Shown piece after piece: positions 19,818 to 29,823 of a stretch of DNA of 64,000 bases. A model generated the notes under the pieces. The model made no database searches. It saw only the letters and a program-made list of their open reading frames with translations, and was not told the origin of the DNA. The stretch is from a virus (Duplodnaviria; Caudoviricetes): positions 1-64,000 of IMG/VR virus record IMGVR_UViG_3300010352_002811. The stretch is one strand, 5' to 3'. Made by a program: the position numbers and the translations under genes. Positions within the stretch are counted from its first letter, which is position 1, and every line of letters begins with the position of its first letter.

Positions 19818-19851
19818 ATAATGCTGTTATTGTCAATTCTAAATAATACTG

Positions 19852-20058
19852 ATGGTCCTATATCTGAGAATTACCAGCAATTATTGGGCATGTAACGAGA
19901 ATGAATATCTTTTTGAGTTCGGGCAATCGTCAAATTTCTACGGAACTGATAAACTTGTTGTCGACCATTGGTTTTCCGACGAAACAAATACTCTAGACTA
20001 TAACATTAAAGAAAGTAGGAAACTTGAAAATAGAATTCAGAATAGAGAAGAAGATTAA
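19852..20058 (+). CDS. Small hypothetical protein
   Basis: MVLYLRI...IKESRKLE; possibly the same family. Confidence 0.45.
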   Translation: MVLYLRITSNYWACNENEYLFEFGQSSNFYGTDKLVVDHWFSDETNTLDYNIKESRKLENRIQNREED

Positions 20059-20236
20059 TAAATATTCTTTTAAGGATTACTCTGTCAATTTCAACAATAT
20101 GTTAACGTTTAATAATTTCATCATCGATTATTTGGAAGGCGCAAGTAAACGAGATTCAATCAAAACAAGAAAAATATTTAAAATCATTAATTATTATAAA
20201 AATTTGGAGGCGAAGAATGAACTCAGAGATGCTTGA
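20024..20236 (+). CDS. Small basic protein (MKI... family)
   Basis: TTG start; MKIEFRIEK...RKIFKII. Confidence 0.5.
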   Translation: MKIEFRIEKKINKYSFKDYSVNFNNMLTFNNFIIDYLEGASKRDSIKTRKIFKIINYYKNLEAKNELRDA

Positions 20237-20477
20237 AAAATATTTGAGAAATTCAGTTTTGATTCAGACAGAAACTGGTACATATGATGATTTCGTTGAA
20301 CTTTGCCAGAATCCGAATGAAGATAATTTGGTTTTGATTTTTATGCTTGGATATTTTGCAGCAAACCAATTCTATACGGACAAGATTCGGGAATTGTTGA
20401 ATGAGCATAGATTAGAATTCAAGTTGTCTGATGTTCATGAGATTGTTAAACAAATTTCAAGAAAGCCGCTCGAATGA
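20217..20477 (+). CDS. Hypothetical protein
   Basis: GGAGG RBS, coupled ORF. Confidence 0.55.
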   Translation: MNSEMLEKYLRNSVLIQTETGTYDDFVELCQNPNEDNLVLIFMLGYFAANQFYTDKIRELLNEHRLEFKLSDVHEIVKQISRKPLE

Positions 20478-20830
20478 CAGAAATCTTTGTTTTTGGTTCG
20501 AATTTAGCGGGTAGGCATGGTAAAGGTGCTGCTTTGTATGCGAAACAATACCATGGAGCGGAATATGGAGCTGGGATTGGGCTAACCGGAAATTCATACG
20601 CCGTTCCGACAAAAGATGAACATTTGAAAACTCTTCCTTTGTTCATAATTAAAGAATATATAAACGATTTCAAAACATTTGCTGAAGAACATTCTGAACT
20701 TAAATTCAAAGTGACTAGAATAGGGTGCGGTTTGGCAGGATATAAGGATTTTCAGATCGCGCCAATGTTCAAAAATTTCCCATCTAACTGTTCATTCGAT
20801 CTTGCTTGGAATGAATTTTTAAACGACTAA
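20474..20830 (+). CDS. A1S_2505-family phage protein
   Basis: IFVFGSNLAGRHGKGAA, SYAVPT, TRIGCGLAG. Confidence 0.85.
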   Translation: MTEIFVFGSNLAGRHGKGAALYAKQYHGAEYGAGIGLTGNSYAVPTKDEHLKTLPLFIIKEYINDFKTFAEEHSELKFKVTRIGCGLAGYKDFQIAPMFKNFPSNCSFDLAWNEFLND

Positions 20831-20854
20831 ATAATAGAAACAGAAAGCAATTGA

Positions 20855-21760
20855 ATGAATCTTAAGGAACAATATCGCAAACTTTTGAACAGGAATGCGA
20901 AGATATTAAACGTTTGCCATTTTGACCTTGACGGAACAGCATCTTCTATAGTTGTCGCAAACGTGTTCAAAAATGTTCAGCACAGATATTTCCGATATGA
21001 TGAGGTTGATGAATTTCTAAAAACATCCGACCTTTCTGAATTTGATGTCATCCTTCTCACAGACATCTCTCCGAATGATTCTTTGTTGCTTGAAGAGTTT
21101 CCAAATTCATTTTTATTAGACCATCACGACTCTGCTCTTTGCCAACACAGTCCAGAAAAAAACAGAATCGTGCTCAATGGAAAATCCGCCGCACTGTTGT
21201 GTAAAGAGTTTTTCGAATCTCTTTTCAACATTGATTTATCTTATTTGAATGATTTTTGTAAAGCTGTGAATGATTATGATATGTGGATAAATGCTGAAAG
21301 AACTGGATGGTGTTTGAATGAACTCCATTTCAGACTTTGGCCAGAACATTTTCGGAATCGCTTTTTGAATGGGAAACTCTCTCTCAGTGAAGATGAACAA
21401 GAATATATCAAAGAACGAATCACCAAGTTCAAGCAAACCATGGACAATCTTCAAATTTATGAACTCGAATCAATCAAAGGTTCATTCATCCTAGCTTCAG
21501 AGTTTGTGAATGACCTCTGTTCTGAATTGTTGAAGAAAGACAATGAAATCATCATCTGCCTGAATCCAAAAAATAAAAATTGTTCCATTCGCATCAATGA
21601 TTCTGACATTCACATCGGACACATTTTGAAAGAACTTGATTTTGGTGGGGGTCATAAACAAGCAGGTGGTATACGAGAACCCGATTCAATAAAATTCAAA
21701 ACCAAGCTTGACATTCTTGAAAATCTGCTCTACACTCGTTTTAGACACATCAGACGATAG
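20855..21760 (+). CDS. DHH/DHHA1 phosphoesterase
   Basis: HFDLDG, TDIS, LDHH, GGGHKQAGG. Confidence 0.9.
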   Translation: MNLKEQYRKLLNRNAKILNVCHFDLDGTASSIVVANVFKNVQHRYFRYDEVDEFLKTSDLSEFDVILLTDISPNDSLLLEEFPNSFLLDHHDSALCQHSPEKNRIVLNGKSAALLCKEFFESLFNIDLSYLNDFCKAVNDYDMWINAERTGWCLNELHFRLWPEHFRNRFLNGKLSLSEDEQEYIKERITKFKQTMDNLQIYELESIKGSFILASEFVNDLCSELLKKDNEIIICLNPKNKNCSIRINDSDIHIGHILKELDFGGGHKQAGGIREPDSIKFKTKLDILENLLYTRFRHIRR

Positions 21761-21769
21761 GACTCAAAA

Positions 21770-24700
21770 TTGTTTAAGAATATTTACTATGACCACTTTA
21801 AGAATGAAATGCACCTGTGGGAAATTGAAAACGGGAAGCATCAGTATCATAAAGTGAAGCATGATGTCGAATACTATGTTGAAGATAGGACTAGACAATC
21901 AGACACTACTGACATTTATGGTACTCCTGTAATTAAGAAAGTTGCCGAATCGTACAAGTCTCTACAAGAACTCAGAAAGGCAACAAAACTTTTCGAATCT
22001 GATATCTCCGAAGAAATTAAATTCCTACAAAAACGATATGGGACAAGCGAAGAACGTATTGACCCATCTCTGTATAATGTCGCTGTACTTGATATTGAAA
22101 TTGCTTCTGGCCATCGCTTTTCGCTAAATCATATCATCAAAGTTAGAAAAGATACTGTAGAATCAATGAAGTTCTCAGATTTTGAAAAGCTTAAAACTGA
22201 TGAATATGAAGTGTATGATGAAGAAAAACGTGCTTGGGTAGCTTATAATAAAAGCTGTTATTACCCTACAACAGAATTTCCAAAACCCGAACTTGCCAAA
22301 TACCCAATTAATCTTATTACAATCAATTTCGTTAATAAAGGAAAGATTGTAACATTTGGCTCAGATCCATATACAGGAAATTCACCATTTGTTAAAAATT
22401 ATATTCACGATTCCGACGAAACTCAACTCCTACAAAAGTTTATTCAATTTTGGAAGAAGAGTAAGATTGATATCGCGGTAGCTTATAATGCCCCGTTCGA
22501 CTTTGGATATATTCTGAAACGGTGTGAAAATCTAGGAATCGATCCAAATGAATTGTCTCCTGTCAATAGAGTCGAATACAAAAATCCAAAGAGAATAAAA
22601 ATCCACGGAATCACAATCCTGGACTATATCGATTTGTATAAAAAGTTCGCATTCAGTCCACAACCAAGCTATAAATTGGAAAATGTGGCAATGGCAGAAA
22701 TCGGAGAAGGTAAAACAAAATACGAAGGCGATATATTCTCTATTTGGAAGACTAATTGGAATCTGTTCGTTGAGTATAACATCCAAGATACTGTCCTTGT
22801 TGATAAAATGGACAAAAAGAGAAAGCTGATTCCGCTAGCAATTAAAATGGCTACAGAATCTCTTGTTCCTGTTGATAGATGTATGACTACTACACTTATT
22901 GTTGAAGGATATATTCTAAAAAATCTTCACAAACAAAATAAAGTAATGCCTGATAGAAATCGTCATACTTCTGGAGATGATGATGAGGAAGATGATGAAC
23001 TTGAAGGCGCTCACGTTGAAGCGTATCCAGGATTTTACAAGAATCTAATGTCGTTTGACGTGGAATCACTTTATCCACATATGGTTATGATGTATAATAT
23101 TAGTCCAGAAACAAAATTATCAGAAGATGATATTATTGGAATGGATGAGTCAGAATATATTAAAACGCCTGTTCCTGGAGTTTATTATAAGAAGAATGTA
23201 AAGGGTATTCTTCCTATGATTGTCGAAATGATTTTCAAAGAACGCAAAATGTTCAAAAAGAAAATGTTTGATGCTCATGAATCTGGAAATGTGGAAGACC
23301 ACGAATATTTTGATTCAATGCAGCACAATAGAAAGATTCTAATTAACTGCTTCCATAAAGATACTAAGATTATGACAGTTGATGGTATTAAATTTGTGAA
23401 AGATGTTAAAATTGGTGACTATGTTTGGAGTATAAATCCCAAAACAAGAATCGCTGAGAAGAAAAAAGTTTTAGATACCGTCGCACGTCATCACACCGAG
23501 AATCTTGTAGTGTTTGATAATGGATTTACGAAACTACGTGTTACAAAAAACCATGACATGTTAGTAACAAATATATATGGTAATATAGTAAAAACTGAGG
23601 CGCGGCAATTATTAGGCAGTGGATTCTATCATGTAGTAACACATATAGGAACAGGTGTTCAATGTTTTGGTAGAGGATTTTCAAATAATCAAATAACTGA
23701 AGAGCCTTATGATGATATGGTATATTGTGTAAATGTTGAAGATAACCACACAGTTCTTGTTGGAGAAACTGATAAAATGATTTGGTGTGGAAATTGTGTT
23801 TACGGCGTTATGGGGGCAGAAGCGTTCCATTTCTATGATATTGACAATGCTTCTGTTGTTACTGCTGGTGGAAGAGAGCTAATTAAGCATCTTTCTGAGA
23901 ATGTTAATAACTATTTGAATAATTGGCTACCATCAAGAATCTCAAATTTTTACCCAGATATTCAAAACATTACTATCAAACGACCAAAGCATCCAAAGGC
24001 GGTGGTTATTGATACTGATTCCGTCGTCGGTTCTACATTAATTCGAACAAATCTTGGAGAACTTTCAATCGAATCAATTTTTGACAATTATTCTTTTGAT
24101 GCCACCGAAAATGCTCCAAATAATTTCGTTGCTAATGTAAGAAAATTAAAAGCATTATCAGTTACAAAGAATCTAAAACTAACAGAAAACAAGATTACTT
24201 ATATCAAAAAGCATCTTGTTGAGAAAGAGATGTTTGATTTCTTTGGAGTTGAACTTACAGCAGACCACTCGTGTATGGTTATTCGAAATGGGCAATTGAT
24301 AGATGTGAAGCCAAGAGATGTAAAACAGGGTGACTTCTACATTAAATTGCTTGATGAATTTTCCTTCGTATCTAATGAAATAAAAGAACTTCCAAAATCA
24401 TTAGGAGTCAAGACTGTTTGGGTTTATGATATTGAAGTAGAAGATGTCCATAATTTCTTCGGGAATGACATCCTTGTTCATAATAGTAATTACATTGACA
24501 TTTCTGATTATTACTCACAAATAGCACCATCTCAAGATTTTATTGATTTCTCTAATGATTTTGACCAAAGAATCTTAACTCCATTTTTCAACAAACTGGT
24601 AGACATTTATTGTAACAAGTATAACATTCCGAACAAAATTAATTTCAAGCGTGAGAAAATCATTCTTAAGATGTTTGTCCAAGTTAAGAAGAAATATGTT

Positions 24701-25309
24701 TGCCAGATTGTTGCGAATGAAAAAGAAGTGTATGACCATCCGAAGATTAAAATCACTGGCCTAGAAACGAAGAAATCTGACTTGCCGGGATTCTGTAAAA
24801 CTGGATTGAATGAATTGATTGATGTGATGTTTGATGGAGACATGCCGAACGAAGATGCGATGGTTGAAGTTGTTCGGAAGTACCAAAAAATTCACAAAGA
24901 ATCTCCTGTTGAAACTATCGCAATTCCAAAGGGTGTGAAGGATTATAAGAAATATGATATTGACTTTTCTAAAGGATTGAAATTCATACCTGCTACACCA
25001 ATTCACAACAGAGCAAGTATCAATCACAATTATATGGTTCAGAAATATAAACTACCATTAAGAGAGATTGATGATGGTGCTAAGATTAAGTATCTGTTCG
25101 TGAATGAAAACAACGAACTTCATCAGAACGTGATTGCTTTTGATGATGAATGGCCTGAATTGTTCGATCAAAAATTCAAGATTGATAGAGATGAATTGTT
25201 CACGAAGACATTTTTGGATATCAGTCAGAGAATGTTTGATGCTCTCGGATTCAAGAAAATTTCATTGAAGCAGAACAAGATGGGAATGTTCTTGAAGAAG
25301 GATAAGTAA
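21770..25309 (+). CDS. gp43: Family B DNA polymerase (gp43-like) with two inteins
   Basis: DIE, YNAPFD, YNIQD, FDVESLYP, KILIN/(C)VYG, DTD/S, KKKY, KITGLE; sigma70-like TTGACA-17-TACACT upstream. Confidence 0.97.
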   Translation: MFKNIYYDHFKNEMHLWEIENGKHQYHKVKHDVEYYVEDRTRQSDTTDIYGTPVIKKVAESYKSLQELRKATKLFESDISEEIKFLQKRYGTSEERIDPSLYNVAVLDIEIASGHRFSLNHIIKVRKDTVESMKFSDFEKLKTDEYEVYDEEKRAWVAYNKSCYYPTTEFPKPELAKYPINLITINFVNKGKIVTFGSDPYTGNSPFVKNYIHDSDETQLLQKFIQFWKKSKIDIAVAYNAPFDFGYILKRCENLGIDPNELSPVNRVEYKNPKRIKIHGITILDYIDLYKKFAFSPQPSYKLENVAMAEIGEGKTKYEGDIFSIWKTNWNLFVEYNIQDTVLVDKMDKKRKLIPLAIKMATESLVPVDRCMTTTLIVEGYILKNLHKQNKVMPDRNRHTSGDDDEEDDELEGAHVEAYPGFYKNLMSFDVESLYPHMVMMYNISPETKLSEDDIIGMDESEYIKTPVPGVYYKKNVKGILPMIVEMIFKERKMFKKKMFDAHESGNVEDHEYFDSMQHNRKILINCFHKDTKIMTVDGIKFVKDVKIGDYVWSINPKTRIAEKKKVLDTVARHHTENLVVFDNGFTKLRVTKNHDMLVTNIYGNIVKTEARQLLGSGFYHVVTHIGTGVQCFGRGFSNNQITEEPYDDMVYCVNVEDNHTVLVGETDKMIWCGNCVYGVMGAEAFHFYDIDNASVVTAGGRELIKHLSENVNNYLNNWLPSRISNFYPDIQNITIKRPKHPKAVVIDTDSVVGSTLIRTNLGELSIESIFDNYSFDATENAPNNFVANVRKLKALSVTKNLKLTENKITYIKKHLVEKEMFDFFGVELTADHSCMVIRNGQLIDVKPRDVKQGDFYIKLLDEFSFVSNEIKELPKSLGVKTVWVYDIEVEDVHNFFGNDILVHNSNYIDISDYYSQIAPSQDFIDFSNDFDQRILTPFFNKLVDIYCNKYNIPNKINFKREKIILKMFVQVKKKYVCQIVANEKEVYDHPKIKITGLETKKSDLPGFCKTGLNELIDVMFDGDMPNEDAMVEVVRKYQKIHKESPVETIAIPKGVKDYKKYDIDFSKGLKFIPATPIHNRASINHNYMVQKYKLPLREIDDGAKIKYLFVNENNELHQNVIAFDDEWPELFDQKFKIDRDELFTKTFLDISQRMFDALGFKKISLKQNKMGMFLKKDK
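23348..23794 (+). mobile_element. Mini-intein 1 in DNA polymerase (149 aa), motif B
   Basis: KILIN|CFHKDT...VTKNH...VYCVNV...WCGN|CVYG. Confidence 0.92.
24020..24484 (+). mobile_element. Mini-intein 2 in DNA polymerase (155 aa), motif C
   Basis: DTD|SVVGST...LTADHS...VYDIEV...ILVHN|S. Confidence 0.94.
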
Positions 25310-25842
25310 TGAAAATAGTTCTACATGTAAATAAAAATCCAGAGGTTCCGCCGATTTTTATATTTGAAAAGTTTACAACGGTTGCTGCGGTAAGCTTAAC
25401 AGATTATGATAAAAACCAGATAAGGAAATATTATAAACTTAGAGATGTTGATATTGGAGATTTTAGGTCAATTACTAAGCACTCGAGTTGTTTACATGAA
25501 GTCAAATTTATTAAAAATGATGTTGGTGCTATGAAATATTATTCAAAACATTTTATTGAAACAAAATATAAGTTGGATTATAAATGTTTTGATAATTATA
25601 TATTCAATTCAGATTTAATGAACTTGTGTACAGATGAAGAAATTGCTGGATTATTATATGTTGGCCGTTCTGTAAATATATTTCACCCGCTTAGTTATGA
25701 TGAGTTTGTAACATGCCATAATATTGCTAAAGCTGCTAAAATTGCTGGAAGCCTTGATATAGTAAAAGAACAGATTAATGATTATTTCTGTTATAGAGAA
25801 CCAAGTATGTTACAGTCATTAATAGACGTGTGGTTGTGCTAA
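25309..25842 (+). CDS. Hypothetical protein
   Basis: Coupled to the polymerase stop. Confidence 0.55.
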   Translation: MKIVLHVNKNPEVPPIFIFEKFTTVAAVSLTDYDKNQIRKYYKLRDVDIGDFRSITKHSSCLHEVKFIKNDVGAMKYYSKHFIETKYKLDYKCFDNYIFNSDLMNLCTDEEIAGLLYVGRSVNIFHPLSYDEFVTCHNIAKAAKIAGSLDIVKEQINDYFCYREPSMLQSLIDVWLC

Positions 25843-25903
25843 ATAGCTAGACATGGACGAACCATTCTTCCATGATATAATTAAGTAAGAGAGAAGGGAA
25901 ACA

Positions 25904-27445
25904 ATGGCAAAAATTAACAACGCTAGAATAGAAAAATATCTAAAGAATAGTAGCTTGAAGTTGGCAAGACCACTAAACAGTTCAATTTTGACAGAGGAAT
26001 GTGAACCAATTGAGACGGATGTTCCAGCACTCAATATCGCATTTTCCGGCAAGCTAGATGGTGGAATTTCTCCAGGGTTCTATCAAATTGCTGGACCGTC
26101 AAAGCATTTCAAGACATCGTTTGGATTGGTAGCTGTGGCATCATATCTAAAGAAGTATGATGACTCTATCGTGTTCTTCTTTGACTCAGAATTCGGCGCA
26201 AGTATGAGTTATTTTGATAGGTTTGGAATAACTGAGGAAATGAGAGAACGAATCATTCACCTTCCATTTCAGAATTTGGAAGAGTTGAAGTTTGAACTCG
26301 TGAAACAACTTGATTCGGTTGAACGTGGTGAGCATGTCATGTTTTTCATTGACTCTATCGGGCTTTCAGCATCCAAGAAGGAAGTTGAAGATGCGCTTGC
26401 TGAGAAGAGTTCACAGGATATGACAAGAGCAAAACAGCTTTCTTCTATCGCAAGAATGATCACTCCAGTTTTGAGCATGAAACAGGTCGTGTGTCTGGCA
26501 ATCAATCACGTTTACAAGACTCAGGAAATGTTCGCAAAGGATGTAGTGAGTGGTGGATGTGTCGCCGCTGGAACTAAGATTAAATTGGCTGATGGAACAT
26601 TGAAGAACATTGAAGATGTTTTAGTTGGAGATATCGTATTGTCAAAAGATGGTGCTAAGCCTGTGACACATGTTTGGAACCCTGAAACTTTGACAAATGG
26701 TACTCCAGAATGTTATGAAATTGAATTTGAAGATGGATATAAGGTTGTCTGTTCGGAAAATCATAAATTTTATTTTGCTCCAGCTAATACGTGGTTTGAA
26801 GCTAAGAATATGGAAGAAAATACATCATTTTCGAAAATTTCAATGTCAACAGAATATGATGCTGGTAGCTTTTCATTTTCAAACGATACTGGAAAAGTAG
26901 ACGACTGTTTGAATTTTAATAACAGAATATTTATTAAAACCAAATCAATTAAATCTGTTGGTACTCTACCAGTATATGATATTTCAGTAGCAGATTCGGA
27001 ATCATATGTTCTTGAGAATGGAGTGATTACACATAATACAAAACTCGAACTTGCCTCACAGGGAATTCTTCTTATTACCCGTTCAAAGGAAAAGGATGAT
27101 GATGGAGTTTCTGGGTACACTTTTAATATCAAGATTATGAAGTCTCGTTTTGCCAGAGAAGAAACAAGAGTTCCTGTCACAGTCACTTGGGATGGAGGAA
27201 TTCACCGTTGGTCAGGAATGGCGGAAATTGCTTCAAAGCTTGGAGTAATTCAGGAAGGCCGAATTAGTCGTTCTAAGGGTTATATGTTCACTAAGAAGGA
27301 TGGAACTGTTATTCAGGAAAAGGATTCTGATATTGACCGTGCTGACTCTTTCTGGATGACCATTCTTGCTGAGTCAAACTTCCGAGAACTTGTCGAAGCT
27401 CAGTACACGATGGGTAGTCCGGTAGAAAATCTAATTGGAGAATAA
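25904..27445 (+). CDS. uvsX: UvsX/RecA-like recombinase with intein
   Basis: AGPSKHFKT, FDSEFG, IDSIG, DMTRAK, INHVY, SGG. Confidence 0.96.
   Translation: MAKINNARIEKYLKNSSLKLARPLNSSILTEECEPIETDVPALNIAFSGKLDGGISPGFYQIAGPSKHFKTSFGLVAVASYLKKYDDSIVFFFDSEFGASMSYFDRFGITEEMRERIIHLPFQNLEELKFELVKQLDSVERGEHVMFFIDSIGLSASKKEVEDALAEKSSQDMTRAKQLSSIARMITPVLSMKQVVCLAINHVYKTQEMFAKDVVSGGCVAAGTKIKLADGTLKNIEDVLVGDIVLSKDGAKPVTHVWNPETLTNGTPECYEIEFEDGYKVVCSENHKFYFAPANTWFEAKNMEENTSFSKISMSTEYDAGSFSFSNDTGKVDDCLNFNNRIFIKTKSIKSVGTLPVYDISVADSESYVLENGVITHNTKLELASQGILLITRSKEKDDDGVSGYTFNIKIMKSRFAREETRVPVTVTWDGGIHRWSGMAEIASKLGVIQEGRISRSKGYMFTKKDGTVIQEKDSDIDRADSFWMTILAESNFRELVEAQYTMGSPVENLIGE
26558..27037 (+). mobile_element. 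Mini-intein (160 aa) in UvsX
   Basis: SGG|CVAAGT...CSENH...VYDISV...ITHN|T. Confidence 0.94.
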
Positions 27446-27505
27446 GAAAAATAGGGGGCGGTTGTCCCCTTCATTTTTCCAAGCTAGAATACTTTAGAGG
27501 AACCA

Positions 27506-29371
27506 ATGACCGCAGAACTTGACCCATTATATTTTGAGAAACTTCTAATTCATTACATCTTCAGGGATGAGACTGTTCGCGAAAAAGTTCTACCATACTT
27601 AAATGTTGATGTTTTTGATGGTGAAGATACGATTGATATTGTAAAAGTTTTAGTTAAGTATATTGAAGAGTATCAGAATTTTCCAACTAAGAAGAATCTG
27701 AAACTCATGATGGATTCTGGAACATTTTCAAAGTTGATGGAAATTATAAATCTTGAAGATGTTGATGAGTATGACAGAGAATTTGTGTTAGACCAGCTAG
27801 AAGAATTCTTTCGCGGCAAGCTTGCTTTAGAGGCGATTCTTGATGCGAAGGATGGTCTTGATTCAGGCGATGAAAAGAAACTGATCGAATCACCAGACAA
27901 GCTTCGTGAGGCTTTGAGTTTCACCTTTGACACGAATATCGGATTGAACGTGGTTGAAGATGGTGAAAGGATGTTTGCGGCTCTCCATGACAGAGACAAA
28001 GTTGTTAGCACTGGATTGAAGACTCTTGACCAATTGATTGAGGGCGGATTTCATGAAAAGAGCTTGAGTTTGGTCTTGGCTGAATGTGTTACTGAAGATG
28101 GAATGGTTTCTATTAGAGTTAGTAAAAATCCAAACGCATTTATACAAGTTGTTGAATTTGGAAAAGATGGAATTGTATATGTTCCGCCGCAAAAGTCTTC
28201 ATCAATTAGAGAATATATTAATTGTCCAATATCAGACATTCTAAAATATGTTGATGGCTACGTTGTCGAAATAACTTCTCCGGATGGATATGTTCCTGTA
28301 ACACATTATATCAAGAAGGGTGAGAAGGAAATTTGGAATGTTCAGACTGATAATGGAAACTCTTTTGAATGTAGTGGAAAACATGTTGTAGATACGAATA
28401 ATGGATTGAAATTTGTTGAATCGTTATTAGAAGATGATTTACTATTGACCACGACAGGTTATTCTAAGTGCTCTATTAATAAAACAGACAAGATTCTTCC
28501 AGTTGTTGATATTCGTGTAGAACACCCAAATCATAGATTCTTTTATGAAAATGTTTCTGTAAAAAATTCGAATCTTGGCAAAAGTTTGATTAAATGTGCT
28601 CTTTCTACTAATTCATTACTTCAGAATAAGAATGTTTTGTATGTATCTCTTGAAATGTCTGAGGAAAAGATTTCTGAGCGTATTCTTGCCAATGCTTTTG
28701 ATATTGAATTGAACATGTTGAAGATGTTGGATAAGAACACCTTTATCACGAAGCTATCAACAATGAAAGAGCAGACTTCTGGGCAATTATATGTTGTTGC
28801 CTATCCTCCAAAGTCAATCAATTCGAATCGTTTAAGGAACATTGTCAAAGAGCTTAAGACCAAGAAGAAGTTTGTTCCTGATATTATTTTCGTTGACTAT
28901 ATGGGATTGATGTCTCCAAATAGTTCAAGAAAAACAGACAATAGTTATTCTGAGCAAAAGACTGTCTCGGAGGAATTGAGAGCGATTGCTGTTGAGTTTG
29001 GGATTCCTGTTGTTTCGGCGGTCCAGACAAATCGTGGTGGTTTTGGAAACTCTGAATTAGACATGACAGACATTGCTGATTCGATTGGAACTGTTGCGAC
29101 TGCTGACGTGATTTTTGGTGTGACACAGACTCAAGAGATGCGAGAAGCTGGCCGTTACACTTTTTTGCTTTTGAAGAATCGGTATGGTGAGAATAAGAAG
29201 AAATGCTATATCGGGGTTAATTATCCAAAAATGAGAATCTATGATGTTGAAGAAGATTCTGGTACATCTAAAGATATTAAACCTGATGAAGATGCTACTG
29301 CTGAAATTGTGACATCTTTAATGAAAAAAGACCGAACTGCTGGTAAAAAGAAAGTTATAAATTTTAATTAG
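27506..29371 (+). CDS. gp41: Replicative DnaB-like helicase (gp41) with intein
   Basis: Spliced Walker A AE/SNLGKS, SLEMSE, VDY, SAVQTNR, KNRYG. Confidence 0.96.
   Translation: MTAELDPLYFEKLLIHYIFRDETVREKVLPYLNVDVFDGEDTIDIVKVLVKYIEEYQNFPTKKNLKLMMDSGTFSKLMEIINLEDVDEYDREFVLDQLEEFFRGKLALEAILDAKDGLDSGDEKKLIESPDKLREALSFTFDTNIGLNVVEDGERMFAALHDRDKVVSTGLKTLDQLIEGGFHEKSLSLVLAECVTEDGMVSIRVSKNPNAFIQVVEFGKDGIVYVPPQKSSSIREYINCPISDILKYVDGYVVEITSPDGYVPVTHYIKKGEKEIWNVQTDNGNSFECSGKHVVDTNNGLKFVESLLEDDLLLTTTGYSKCSINKTDKILPVVDIRVEHPNHRFFYENVSVKNSNLGKSLIKCALSTNSLLQNKNVLYVSLEMSEEKISERILANAFDIELNMLKMLDKNTFITKLSTMKEQTSGQLYVVAYPPKSINSNRLRNIVKELKTKKKFVPDIIFVDYMGLMSPNSSRKTDNSYSEQKTVSEELRAIAVEFGIPVVSAVQTNRGGFGNSELDMTDIADSIGTVATADVIFGVTQTQEMREAGRYTFLLLKNRYGENKKKCYIGVNYPKMRIYDVEEDSGTSKDIKPDEDATAEIVTSLMKKDRTAGKKKVINFN
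28085..28567 (+). mobile_element. Mini-intein (161 aa) in gp41 Walker A
   Basis: LAE|CVTEDG...CSGKH...VVDIRV...VSVKN|SNLGKS. Confidence 0.9.
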
Positions 29372-29376
29372 GAGAT

Positions 29377-29823
29377 ATGATGGACTTAGAAGAAGAATAT
29401 GCGAAACATTTACAAAACCCTGATAATGCTCTTCAATTTTTAGAGAAGATTTCAATCAAGAAAGATTTTTGGGTTCAGAGAGATGCGGAGTTTGAACAAA
29501 TAAAGAAGATTACAAAGGAGCAGCTTTTCAATGAATTATCTAAGCACGACATCGATATGGAAGTTGTTTCAAATGGTAAGCGAGTGGGGAACAGTCAATT
29601 TCACATGTTCAATCTTATTATTAGAAAACTACACACTCGCGAGCACTTGTCTCTTTCTGACATCGCTTTTTTCTTAGAAGAGGATTATTTTGATTTTAAG
29701 AAAGTAGTAGCGTGTTTTAATGAAGAGAACATGTATTTGCTCAGAGAAGAAATGGTGAAGAGATTTAATTACAAGAAAAAGAAAACAAGACTTAAGGAAT
29801 TTATAGAAAATAGCGATGTTTGA
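29377..29823 (+). CDS. Hypothetical protein, gp33-like by position and C-terminal motif
   Basis: Two genes upstream of gp32 as in the T4 33-59-32 order; C-terminal TRLKEFI. Confidence 0.35.
   Translation: MMDLEEEYAKHLQNPDNALQFLEKISIKKDFWVQRDAEFEQIKKITKEQLFNELSKHDIDMEVVSNGKRVGNSQFHMFNLIIRKLHTREHLSLSDIAFFLEEDYFDFKKVVACFNEENMYLLREEMVKRFNYKKKKTRLKEFIENSDV

Noticed and set aside
19593-20236. Calling a DGR for the MKI family
   Set aside because: No reverse transcriptase or TR/VR pair with adenine-specific mismatches in this window
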